DNA of 64,000 bases from Candidatus Latescibacterota bacterium (GTDB lineage: Bacteria > Latescibacterota > UBA2968): the NCBI GenBank assembly GCA_965262145.1, contig OZ253501.1:1695366-1759365 (forward strand), in the 5' to 3' direction. This document shows, in pieces, positions 48,139-57,486 of the stretch (positions within the stretch are counted from its first letter, which is position 1; each line of letters opens with the position of its first letter). Under the pieces are notes generated by a model. The model had not been told where the DNA came from. It did no database searches and saw only the letters and a program-made list of their open reading frames with translations. A program made the translations under genes and the position numbers.

Positions 48139-49479
48139 TTACCTCGGGTCCATTACTCGCCCGACAAACAGGGTGGTGTTGGTCGCTATGTCTCGGATGA
48201 GGAAGATAAATGGCCGATCGACCGCGACCACAATTGGTGGTGGGGGAACGGATTTTACGCCTACGACCACGGCAGTGGCCGCTGCGGCTTCTGTGCCATT
48301 CTCATTTACCAGGACGAATGCTTTGTGAAAGGCATCTGAAATGGAGAGGTCTTTTCTTCCATCCATGCCCGAGAAGTCAGCTAACTGCTGGTCAAAGGCG
48401 TCTGACATTCCCAGCTTTTTGAGGGTTGCGCCCAATTTGAATTGGGCCTCAAACTCGAATGAAGGCATGGTGAGTTCTACGTGCTCGCGGCTCAGGTCTC
48501 CCGAAATTTGGCTGACGAGTTCGGCGTTTAGCGTATTTTCGAACGTATCAAAATTACCCTTGTCGGGAAGCAGGATGATCATGGACATTTCACTGCCATC
48601 GTAGAGCAACTCAACGGCCTGATATCCCGTGCTACTCGCATAGCCGAATGACTCGGTCTGTCGCATCATCGGTACTTTTATGCTGCTGCCATTTAGCAAG
48701 TGGAAGTCGCCTTCAGCAGTGGCTTTTTCGTCGAAGGTGTAGAGCCACGCCGCGTTGAAGTAGATGGCATTGGTGAGGACTAACCGGGTCAAGTTGTCGA
48801 TGGCACCGGAAGGTATCAGGTCTTTGATTTTCTCTTCGGTCTGCTGGGCGACCCAGTCGTTGATCGCGACTCGCGAGTTCTCGGGTGCTTCTGTGAAATT
48901 TGCTATTTTCATTCCAGCACCGTAATTCTCCGCCAGTTTGTCCAGGAAGTCCTGCAGGAAGTCATAGCCCTGTTGTCCCCAGATCGCATTGGCGATGTTC
49001 AATCGAAACCCCTTGCCATCTTTGCCACTGCTTTCTTCGCCGCGAGAGGCGAGTTGCAGATCGAGGGCGTTGAACGCGGGGTGCAATTTATCCTGGGGCA
49101 GGATGAAGTGTAGTGTGTTCGATATCTGGCGTTCGGTTTCGCCTCTGGCACCGGCATACGTCATGGCAAGTGCCAGTGAGATGCTGTAGGGCGAATAGAA
49201 CAGGTTTCCACTTTCTTCCTCACGCAATTTTTGATACAGGTCGAAAGCGAAGGCGTTATTTCCACGCACCAGGTCTGATAGTTCTGAATCTGTCGTTACT
49301 GGTACGGTTACTCGCGTCTTTTCTGATCGCACCTCTTCTGTCGCAGACGCAGATGGTGTCTCGGTCGGAGGTGGCGCCGTGGGCGAGATAGTCTCCGATG
49401 ATTTCTGACCGCATCCGATTAGTGCGGCTGATAGTATTACAGCGGGTAGCAAACGGTTGGCGAAGAGGGGAAATACCAT
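48139..49479 (-). CDS. Serpin (serine-protease inhibitor) lipoprotein
   Basis: Lipobox 'LIGCGQ'. Serpin core ('NAIYFNAAW', reactive-centre-loop region 'GTEAAAATAVVV', C-terminal 'FVGRVMDP'). Confidence 0.8.
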   Translation of the reverse strand: MVFPLFANRLLPAVILSAALIGCGQKSSETISPTAPPPTETPSASATEEVRSEKTRVTVPVTTDSELSDLVRGNNAFAFDLYQKLREEESGNLFYSPYSISLALAMTYAGARGETERQISNTLHFILPQDKLHPAFNALDLQLASRGEESSGKDGKGFRLNIANAIWGQQGYDFLQDFLDKLAENYGAGMKIANFTEAPENSRVAINDWVAQQTEEKIKDLIPSGAIDNLTRLVLTNAIYFNAAWLYTFDEKATAEGDFHLLNGSSIKVPMMRQTESFGYASSTGYQAVELLYDGSEMSMIILLPDKGNFDTFENTLNAELVSQISGDLSREHVELTMPSFEFEAQFKLGATLKKLGMSDAFDQQLADFSGMDGRKDLSISDAFHKAFVLVNENGTEAAAATAVVVGVKSVPPPPIVVAVDRPFIFLIRDIATNTTLFVGRVMDPR

Positions 49480-49746
49480 TCTATACCTCCCTGGCTACTG
49501 TTTCGATGTATAGGTAGAGAAAAATTATCCTAAATTATAGTATAAATCAAGGTTTATTATTCGCGGTGGGTTGCACGCGCAGGATGTTCCCCGAAAGCCA
49601 CACTTCAAGCCCGATGATCCGAGGTGTTATATTTTTTTAGATCTGGATGCCCTCGTTTTTTCTATGAGGAAGAAAAAAAATGTAGTATATTGAAGTTAGT
49701 TGGAGTTCTTTAGTTTTTTGCTTGCTTTTTGTGAAAGGATGTCTGT

Positions 49747-51582
49747 ATGTCCAATGCGCTCTTGGTATATCCAAAAAACCCGGTGACGTTCTGGAGTTTT
49801 GATGAAGCTTTAAAGTTGGTCGGAAAGAAGTCGGCTTTTCCGCCTTTGGGGTTGTTGACAATTGCCGGTATGATGCCCGATAACTACAGTTTGCGCGTGG
49901 TGGATGTAAATGTGCATCCATTGACAGATAAAGATCTGGATTGGGCGGATATAGTGATTACATCGTCGATGATTATTCACTGGCATTCTCTCGAAGAAAT
50001 TATTGCCCAGTGCAATGTCACAGGCGTGCCCGTGCTCAATGGCGGTCCGTTGCCCACGCAGTATTGCGAAGATATTGAAGGGGATGCGGTCTTTTATTTG
50101 GGCGAGGCTGAAAATGGCTTTATGGATGTGGTCGAGCGATTGGTATCTGAGCCTTATCAGGGAGGGCGAGAGTATATTGATCGACGAGGTGATTTTCAAA
50201 GCCTCACAACAACACCGCTTCCTCAATGGGATCTGGTCAGTTTTGACGATTATACCGTAATGGTGATTCAGATTACGCGAGGTTGTCCAGAAAGTTGTAC
50301 ATTTTGCAATATCCCCGCGCTTTACGGCAAGATAACGCGTTTAAAAGATAGCAGCCGCGTGATTCAGGAATTGGACGCGCTTTACGATAGAGGCTGGCGC
50401 GGTTCGGTTATGGCAGTTGATGATAATATTGTTGGCAACCGCGACGAGATTCGACAAATACTGGAAGAAGAGGTGGTGCCCTGGCAAAGAGAGCGCGGGT
50501 ATCCTTTCCAATTATTTACGCAGGCCAGTATTCGCGTAAGTGATGATCCCGCGTTGTTAGAGGCGATGTACCTCGCTGGATTTGATAAGATTTTTGCGGG
50601 GATTGAATCGCCTGTGGAAGAAAGCCTGAAGTTTATGGGCGCGCAAAAGAATTTGCAGGGCGATACGCCTTTGCTGGACAAAGTGAAGATTCTGCAAAAC
50701 TATGGCATGGAAGTTCAGGCCGGTTTTATTATGGGCCTGGATACAGATCCAGATGATATTGCCGATCGCATGATTGCGTTTATTAGAGAAGCGGGTATTC
50801 CGGTGGCTATGGTGGGGATTTTGGGCGTGCTGCGCGACACGCCCGACTTCAAGCGCTACAAGCGTTTGGGTCGCCTGCGTGAAGACGTAAAATATACGGG
50901 TGATTCGGGTATTTTCAGCCGGGAGTTGAGTTATGTGCCTATCATTGATCCCGACGAACTGCTGGCGCGCCATCGCAAGGTTCTCGAAACGTTGAACAGT
51001 CCAGAGATTTTCTTTGAACGCTGCCGCACGCATTATGCACATCGCACGCGCAGACCGCTTCCATCAATGCCAATTGGTTGGACAGAACTCAGGGCGGGAT
51101 TACGCTCTTTTTGGCATCAAGGTGTGGTAGGGACTTATCGGTGGACGTTCTGGAAGTTTATGGCCCATATGCTCGTGCACCATCCCCGCGATTTTGGCGA
51201 TAGCATACGCATGTCCATTCATGGCCGTCACTTGATTCTCACCACGCGCGACGCCCTGCAAGTCGATGAGGTGAAAACCTTTTTCGATGAAGCGCTGGAT
51301 CATCTGAAGCGATTTAGCGAGGGATATAAAGAGGTGAGTGTCAGTGATTACGCGAGCAAGTTGATGCACGCCTTGCACGGGCGGGTTGATCATTTTCAGG
51401 ACGATTATCGCACTTTGCAGCACAACGCGGAGGTGATGTTGAAGGCGGCTCAGGAATACTGCGAAATGATCCGCGAAGAATTTCGCCATCAGGTTGCAGA
51501 ACCTTTCGAGCGTTTTCAACAAGAGATCGAAGCAATCCTCGAATCATATCCCACACAAAACAATTTGCAACCTGCGCGGTAA
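49747..51582 (+). CDS. B12-binding-domain radical SAM protein with DUF4070 C-terminal domain
   Basis: N-terminal B12-binding region. 'CPESCTFCN' CxxxCxxC cluster. Long C-terminal extension. Confidence 0.8.
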   Translation: MSNALLVYPKNPVTFWSFDEALKLVGKKSAFPPLGLLTIAGMMPDNYSLRVVDVNVHPLTDKDLDWADIVITSSMIIHWHSLEEIIAQCNVTGVPVLNGGPLPTQYCEDIEGDAVFYLGEAENGFMDVVERLVSEPYQGGREYIDRRGDFQSLTTTPLPQWDLVSFDDYTVMVIQITRGCPESCTFCNIPALYGKITRLKDSSRVIQELDALYDRGWRGSVMAVDDNIVGNRDEIRQILEEEVVPWQRERGYPFQLFTQASIRVSDDPALLEAMYLAGFDKIFAGIESPVEESLKFMGAQKNLQGDTPLLDKVKILQNYGMEVQAGFIMGLDTDPDDIADRMIAFIREAGIPVAMVGILGVLRDTPDFKRYKRLGRLREDVKYTGDSGIFSRELSYVPIIDPDELLARHRKVLETLNSPEIFFERCRTHYAHRTRRPLPSMPIGWTELRAGLRSFWHQGVVGTYRWTFWKFMAHMLVHHPRDFGDSIRMSIHGRHLILTTRDALQVDEVKTFFDEALDHLKRFSEGYKEVSVSDYASKLMHALHGRVDHFQDDYRTLQHNAEVMLKAAQEYCEMIREEFRHQVAEPFERFQQEIEAILESYPTQNNLQPAR

Positions 51583-51603
51583 GACGCACTTCGATTTAAA
51601 ACA

Positions 51604-51680
51604 AAAGCCCGGTATCTTTTTATGATACCGGGCTTTTGTTTTGACTAAGAAGCCGGAGACACTGTCCCCGGCTTTTTAGT
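51604..51680. terminator. Two adjacent hairpin terminators between the convergent rSAM and trxA genes
   Basis: AGCCCGGTATC-tttttatga-GATACCGGGCT followed by TTTTGTTTT. AGCCGGAGAC-act-GTCCCCGGCT followed by TTTTT. Confidence 0.65.
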
Positions 51681-51681
51681 T

Positions 51682-52008
51682 TTAGGCAAGTACGGCTTTG
51701 AGTTTGTCTTCTATCGCGCTTTTGGGGACAGCGCCGATAAGTTGATCTGCCTGTTTGCCATCTTTAAAGATGAGCAATGTGGGGATGCTGCGAATGCCAA
51801 ACCCCTGTGCTGTCTGCTGCGCGTGATCTACATCGACTTTGCAGACTTTAACGCGACCATCGTATTCCCGAGCGAGTTCTTCAATGCTGGGGGCAATCAT
51901 TCGGCATGGACCGCACCACGTTGCCCAAAAATCCACAAGCACGGGAAGATCGGAATCGACAACTTCTGTTTGAAAATTTTCATCTGTAATATTCAATGGG
52001 CTTCCCAC
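51682..52008 (-). CDS. trxA: Thioredoxin
   Basis: 108 aa, 'WCGPC' active site. Confidence 0.9.
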   Translation of the reverse strand: MGSPLNITDENFQTEVVDSDLPVLVDFWATWCGPCRMIAPSIEELAREYDGRVKVCKVDVDHAQQTAQGFGIRSIPTLLIFKDGKQADQLIGAVPKSAIEDKLKAVLA

Positions 52009-52079
52009 TTTGATACTCCTTTCGGATTGGGTTTTGTTCTAATGAGAATGTGCTAAGCTACCAGATTTCTATGGGGTTG

Positions 52080-53105
52080 TCAAGGGGATGCGCGGCAGAT
52101 TCGGTAGGCCAGGTGGGCGAGAATTTCGTGCGGTGTACCGCCGCTGGACTTGAGGCGATTGTCTGCGTGGAGAAGGGCATCATGGGCATTCCAGAGTGCT
52201 CGTTCGTCAAATAAACGGGCCTGATCGAGGTAGTTATTTAGAAAAAAAGCGGGCACTTTAAGACGCGAAGCCATTTCATTTCTGGGCAGGCGCTGGCCCA
52301 CTATCCATCGCGCGCGCCGCAGAATCCCAAAATGACGGACGAGTAGCGCGATCGTGCCGGCAGGGTGTTCTCCCTGTTCGCGGAGTCGTCCAATAAGGAT
52401 CTGTGCCTTGTCCAACTGGCGGTGCCCGAGTGCATCGGCGAGTTCAAAAACCGTGACTCCCCGCGTGTTGTCGATCACCCGAGCGACGTCCTCGCGCGAG
52501 ATTGGATTGGAGGAGGTAGCGATAAAGAGTTTGTCGATTTCGCCGTTCAATTCGCGCAGATTTGACCCAATGCTCATGTGGAGCAGGTGAGCCGCATCGG
52601 GCGCGATCTGTCTGCCCAGAGTTTTGACATGTGTCTGGATCCAGGCCGGGATTTCGTTGTCGTAGGGCGGGCGAAATTCGATTGCAATCGCGCGTTTTCG
52701 AAGTTCGGCAAACAGTTTTTTTCGACCATCTGGTTTGGCGGCAGTGATGATCAAGGTCGTTGTTTCGGGTGGAGATTCAATGAGGGGCAAGAGCTCGGGG
52801 GTGGCTGAATCGGGTAAGCGGTCGGCGTTTTTGAGGACAATCAGGCGGCGTTGCGCTATCATTGGAAAGGTGAGTGCTCGTGAAATGACCTGCGGAATAT
52901 CGATGTCTTCGGCGCGATAGATGTCGAGGTTGAAGGCGCGTGTTGCGGGTTCAATGAGGGTTTCAACGAGGACGTTGAGAAGCTGATCGCGTTGGAAGTC
53001 TTCCTGCCCGTGGAGATAGTAGAGGGATGATATCTGGCCTTTTTTCACGGCATTGAGAACCTGGTCTGGCGATGGGCCAGTTTTGCGAGGGCGTCGGGTA
53101 GCCAT
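52080..53105 (-). CDS. holA: DNA polymerase III subunit delta
   Basis: 341 aa. HolA N-terminal pattern 'LYYLHGQEDFQRD…' and clamp-loader delta fold. Confidence 0.75.
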   Translation of the reverse strand: MATRRPRKTGPSPDQVLNAVKKGQISSLYYLHGQEDFQRDQLLNVLVETLIEPATRAFNLDIYRAEDIDIPQVISRALTFPMIAQRRLIVLKNADRLPDSATPELLPLIESPPETTTLIITAAKPDGRKKLFAELRKRAIAIEFRPPYDNEIPAWIQTHVKTLGRQIAPDAAHLLHMSIGSNLRELNGEIDKLFIATSSNPISREDVARVIDNTRGVTVFELADALGHRQLDKAQILIGRLREQGEHPAGTIALLVRHFGILRRARWIVGQRLPRNEMASRLKVPAFFLNNYLDQARLFDERALWNAHDALLHADNRLKSSGGTPHEILAHLAYRICRASP

Positions 53106-53133
53106 GCTCTGTGTTATCCGAGAAATCTGAGTC

Positions 53134-53300
53134 TAAAGGTCTTTGAAGTCCGCGTCTTGAATTTGTGAATCGTCAATGTCGCGCAGTGGTTTTTTTTTCG
53201 ATGGCGCGGTCGGGCGCATTAGTATGGCGCGAAACAGGCGACCGACAAAGCGAAAAAATAGGACCAGGATAAGGGCAATGAGAAATAGACGAAGCAACAT
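53134..53300 (-). CDS. Unannotated 55-aa single-TM small protein co-transcribed downstream of the RND pump (AcrZ-like accessory candidate)
   Basis: My translation of the minus strand gives MLLRLFLIALILVLFFRFVGRLFRAILMRPTAPSKKKPLRDIDDSQIQDADFKDL*. GGAGACACCC precedes the ATG. It starts 23 nt after the RND stop. It is below the ORF-track length cut-off. Confidence 0.4.
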
Positions 53301-53323
53301 GGGTGTCTCCGTGCCTTAATGGC

Positions 53324-56300
53324 TCAATCTGCGGCGGTGTGGCGATATGGGGATGCCGATTCAATTTTGGGCGCGCCAAACCACCGCCAGATAAGGCTGA
53401 TCAGGACAGGTACAATAACCAGTGTGAGGGCAGTGGCAAATGCGAGACCAAAGATGACAGCTATGCCCATTGGCCCCCACCACTGACTGCTACGCCCCCC
53501 AATTTCCCATGAAAAAGAAAAAAAGTCAAAACTGATACCCGTGGCAAGGGGCAACAGGCCCAGAATGGTGGTTATGGCTGTGAGAAGGACAGGGCGAAAT
53601 CTTACGACACCTGCGCGTATGATCGCTTCGCGCGCTGAAAGGCCGCGCTGGCGCAACTGCAAGGTATAGCCGATTAGAACAATGGCGTTGTTGACAACCA
53701 CGCCTGCAAGGCTGATCACGCCAATGCCCGTCATGAGAATGCCAAATGGGGTTCCGGTGACAATCAGGCCGATCAGCACGCCAATCATAGACAAAATGAC
53801 GGATGTGAGAATGGTAAAGGGCAGGGCCAGAGAATTGAATTGCGTAATCAGAATGAGCGCGATGCCCGCCAATGCTATGAGCAGGGCTTTGGAAAGAAAG
53901 GCAGTGGCTTTTTGCTGTTCTTCATTTTCACCAGAATAGGCGATTTGATAGCCCGGTGGCAGAGGAAAATCGGATAGGGCTGCTTGCACATCGCGCATGG
54001 CTGCATCAGATGTGCGGTCTTGCACTTTGCCTTCAATAGAGATAACGCGCTTGAGATCTTTGCGCCGAATGCTGCCAAATCCCCCACCCGTTTCTATGCG
54101 TGCAACCGCGCTTATGGGCGTAAAATTGCCATCTTTTTCAATGGTGATGCGCTTGAGGTCGGCAAGGGTGTTGCGTTTGTCGGACTTGAATCTCACGCGG
54201 ATATCGTATTCGTCTTCGCCCAGTCGATATTCGGATGCTTCTGAACCGTAAACAGCCGAGCGCACCGTAGCGGCAATCAGGCGCGTATTGAGGCCCGCTA
54301 TTGCAGCGGCTTCTCGATCTACAACGATACGGACTTCGGGGCGCCCGCGGTCGTAGTCGTCTTTGAGATCGACAACGCCGGGCACATCGGCCACGACGCG
54401 TTTGATGCGTGCGGATAGTTTCCCCAAAGTCTCGAATTTTTCGCCGGATACCTCAACGCTGATGGGCGGGCCTACGGGGGGTCCACCGCGTTCTTGGGAC
54501 AGTTCGATTTCAGCACCGGTCAGGTTTTTGAGTTTGCTGCGAATTTCCTCAATGGTTTTAAAAGAGGATTGTTGCCGAAGGCTTTCATCAACAAAGTCGA
54601 TGGAGATGCGACTGGCATTTGAAACGCCTTCGCCACCTGCAAATACATCGCCGCCAGAGACACCCACGTTGGCGACATAGGTTTCAATATCGGGAATACC
54701 GGCGAGAATAGATTCGATCTGGCGTGCCAGTTGATCCGATGTTTCGAGGTTTGTGCCAGATGGAGCGCGCACATCGATATAGGCTGTGTTGGGTTCAATT
54801 TCGGGAAAAAATTCGATGCCTCGACCCCAAAAGTAGTACGCCACAACGACGAGAATGAGTGTGCTCGCTGCAAGAGAGAGGGTTATTCCCGGGTAATTGA
54901 GTGCCATTTCGAGGCGACGCTGATAGGCGTTGAGGCTGCGCTGGAGGCGGGGTGATGTTTCTTTGGCCGTTCCTCGCACCGTCATGAAAGATGCACAAAA
55001 TGTGGGATTGAGGACAAGGCCCACAAAGAGGGACGAAGACAGGGTTATGATCAGGGTTATGGGCAAATATTTCATAAATTCGCCCATAATGCCGGGCCAG
55101 ACAATCATGGGTGCAAAAGCACATAATGTCGTCAGTGTTGAGGTTATCACAGGCCATGCAACTTCTCCCGTGCCTTCCAACGCCCCCTGGATGGGAGATT
55201 GGCCTTCTTGCCGGTGACGATAGATATTTTCGACAATGACGATGGCATTATCGACGAGCATGCCGAGCGCGAGGATCAGACTAAACAAAACAATCATATT
55301 GAGCGTGATGCCCATAATGGATATGATGATAAAGGAAATGAGCATAGAGAGGGGAATGGCGATACCGACAAAAAAGGCATTGCGGAGGCCCAAGAAAAAG
55401 AGGAGCACCAGAATGACGAGGATAAGGCCAGATACGATATTGTTTTCGAGGTCTTTGACCATCATGCGAATATCTTCGGACTGGTCGCCCAAAATGGTGA
55501 TTTGTGTGCCTGCGGGAAGGGTGGGGTTCAAATCGTCGAGCGCTATTTTAATCTGATCGGCTATGGCAATCAGATTTTCACCGCTGCGTTTGACAATTTC
55601 GAGACTCACACTGGGCTTGTGGTTGAGGCGGGCGTAATTTGCGCGGTCCTTAAACCCATATACAACATCGGCAACATCGCGAATATAGACCAGGCGGCCT
55701 TGCGATGCTTTGATGAGGAGGTCGCCAATTTGGGGAACGGTTTCAAGCTCGCCGGGTACACGCACGGCGTATTTGTATGCGCCCATATCCACGCTACCGC
55801 CGGGAAGGGTCAAATTTTCGCGTTGAATGGCCTCAATCACGTCCTGGATAGCGAGTTTGTAGGCGATAAGGCGGTCGGGATCGACATCGACTTTGACTTC
55901 GTGTTCGAGACCACCCACCACGCGTACTTCGAGGATGCCGGGAATGGTTTCGATATGATCGGCGAAGTCTTCGGCAATTTCTTTGAGCCGAATAAGCCCA
56001 TAGTCTCCCGACAATGCGACGATCATCATGGGGATATTGGAAAAGTTGACTTCGAGAACCGCGGGGTCTTCTGCATCATCGGGTAATTCTGACTTGGCCA
56101 GATCGACCTTGTCTTTGACGCGCTGGAGAGCATTGTCAATGTCGGTATTGGGATTAAATTCGACTGTGATTGACGAAGCACCTTCGACCGAGCTCGATCG
56201 GATCATTTTGACGTTTTCAATAGATTGAAGTTCTTTTTCCAAAGGTCGGGTAATGAGGTTTTCCACATCCTGAGGCGAGGCACCGATATACGGCGTGCTG

Positions 56301-56440
56301 ACGATGATGAGGGGTATGGTAATATCTGGCGCGGCTTCGCGGGGAAGCGACAGATAGGCCGATATACCCGAGATGATCAGGATGCCGACAAAGACGTAAA
56401 CAGTGATGCGGTGTTTGAGTGCGTAAGCGGTGATGGTCAT
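53324..56440 (-). CDS. RND efflux transporter permease (AcrB/HAE1 family)
   Basis: 1038 aa, 12-TM RND architecture with two large periplasmic loops. Confidence 0.9.
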   Translation of the reverse strand: MTITAYALKHRITVYVFVGILIISGISAYLSLPREAAPDITIPLIIVSTPYIGASPQDVENLITRPLEKELQSIENVKMIRSSSVEGASSITVEFNPNTDIDNALQRVKDKVDLAKSELPDDAEDPAVLEVNFSNIPMMIVALSGDYGLIRLKEIAEDFADHIETIPGILEVRVVGGLEHEVKVDVDPDRLIAYKLAIQDVIEAIQRENLTLPGGSVDMGAYKYAVRVPGELETVPQIGDLLIKASQGRLVYIRDVADVVYGFKDRANYARLNHKPSVSLEIVKRSGENLIAIADQIKIALDDLNPTLPAGTQITILGDQSEDIRMMVKDLENNIVSGLILVILVLLFFLGLRNAFFVGIAIPLSMLISFIIISIMGITLNMIVLFSLILALGMLVDNAIVIVENIYRHRQEGQSPIQGALEGTGEVAWPVITSTLTTLCAFAPMIVWPGIMGEFMKYLPITLIITLSSSLFVGLVLNPTFCASFMTVRGTAKETSPRLQRSLNAYQRRLEMALNYPGITLSLAASTLILVVVAYYFWGRGIEFFPEIEPNTAYIDVRAPSGTNLETSDQLARQIESILAGIPDIETYVANVGVSGGDVFAGGEGVSNASRISIDFVDESLRQQSSFKTIEEIRSKLKNLTGAEIELSQERGGPPVGPPISVEVSGEKFETLGKLSARIKRVVADVPGVVDLKDDYDRGRPEVRIVVDREAAAIAGLNTRLIAATVRSAVYGSEASEYRLGEDEYDIRVRFKSDKRNTLADLKRITIEKDGNFTPISAVARIETGGGFGSIRRKDLKRVISIEGKVQDRTSDAAMRDVQAALSDFPLPPGYQIAYSGENEEQQKATAFLSKALLIALAGIALILITQFNSLALPFTILTSVILSMIGVLIGLIVTGTPFGILMTGIGVISLAGVVVNNAIVLIGYTLQLRQRGLSAREAIIRAGVVRFRPVLLTAITTILGLLPLATGISFDFFSFSWEIGGRSSQWWGPMGIAVIFGLAFATALTLVIVPVLISLIWRWFGAPKIESASPYRHTAAD

Positions 56441-57486
56441 GGGACGGGTTCCGCATATTTTATTGCCACGCGGTCGCCATCAATGAGGTCTCGCCCGCCT
56501 TTGACGATGATCTGATCGCCAAAGGAAAGCCCCTTCTGGACGACGACGCGCTCGGCTTCTGATGGCCCCAGGCTGAGCGGGCGCAAAAGGGCCATGTCAC
56601 CTTTCGCGATAAAGGCCACGGGTCCTGTTTCGTGTTCGATAATGGCTTCGCGGGGAATGACGAAGACATGCCGGTGAATACGCCGCACGGCTTTGAGCGT
56701 ACCGATCATGCCGGGGCGGATGTGACCTGTTGAGTTGGGCAGGTGGACTTCAATGGGAAAAACCCTCTGGTCTGTGTCTGCTGCCGGGCCAACATGGGCG
56801 ATTGTGCCCTCATAAGTCCGGTGCGGCAGGGCATCGAGGATGAGGGTGACGAGACTGCCTTTGCCAAAGTCGATGATTTCGCTTTCGGCCACCCAGGCCG
56901 CAACGCGCAGGCTATCGGTTTGAACGAGGCGAAATGCTGCGCCGCCCCGATCAATGTGTTGTCCCTGTGAGAGATACCGCTTTGCAATAGTGCCTGAAAA
57001 AGGCGCTTGTATCCGCCCATAAGAGAGCCGATGTTTTAAGGTCTGCGCTGCTGATTTGGCCCGATGGAAGTCGTATTCCGTGGCAAAATACGCCTGTTCG
57101 GAAATCGATCCTTCCGAGAAAAGTTGTTTGCTGCGTTCGCAATTGTAGGTTTGAAATTTGAGATTGGCCTCGGCTTCGATCAATGCGGCTTGCAGAAGCT
57201 CCATGTTGAGTTGCGCGAGGGCCTCTCCGCGTTTGACGTAATCGCCCACATCTTTGTACGTGCCGATGACCTCACCTGATTCGAGCGCGCTGATGGTCAC
57301 ATCGCGCCAGGCTTTTACTGTAGCAGATAGCCTGCTGTATTGGACGAGTGAATCGGGTTTGATCTCAAATGTAGATACATTGGTGGTGCGTTCTAATGGC
57401 ATTTCTTTTTCTGCCGCAGATTCGTCACCACATCCCAGATTGATCAACATCAAAAGACAGGGTATCAAAAGTCTGTACAAACTCAT
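56437..57486 (-). CDS. RND efflux periplasmic adaptor (membrane-fusion protein, HlyD family)
   Basis: 349 aa. Lipobox-like N-terminus, coiled-coil hairpin and beta-barrel. ATGA overlap with the permease. Confidence 0.85.
   Translation of the reverse strand: MSLYRLLIPCLLMLINLGCGDESAAEKEMPLERTTNVSTFEIKPDSLVQYSRLSATVKAWRDVTISALESGEVIGTYKDVGDYVKRGEALAQLNMELLQAALIEAEANLKFQTYNCERSKQLFSEGSISEQAYFATEYDFHRAKSAAQTLKHRLSYGRIQAPFSGTIAKRYLSQGQHIDRGGAAFRLVQTDSLRVAAWVAESEIIDFGKGSLVTLILDALPHRTYEGTIAHVGPAADTDQRVFPIEVHLPNSTGHIRPGMIGTLKAVRRIHRHVFVIPREAIIEHETGPVAFIAKGDMALLRPLSLGPSEAERVVVQKGLSFGDQIIVKGGRDLIDGDRVAIKYAEPVP

Noticed and set aside
55199-56086. 295-aa + strand ORF inside the RND permease gene
   Set aside because: It is antisense to a 1038-aa AcrB-family gene. 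Its composition is Asp/Gly/Asn-rich junk typical of reverse-frame translation.
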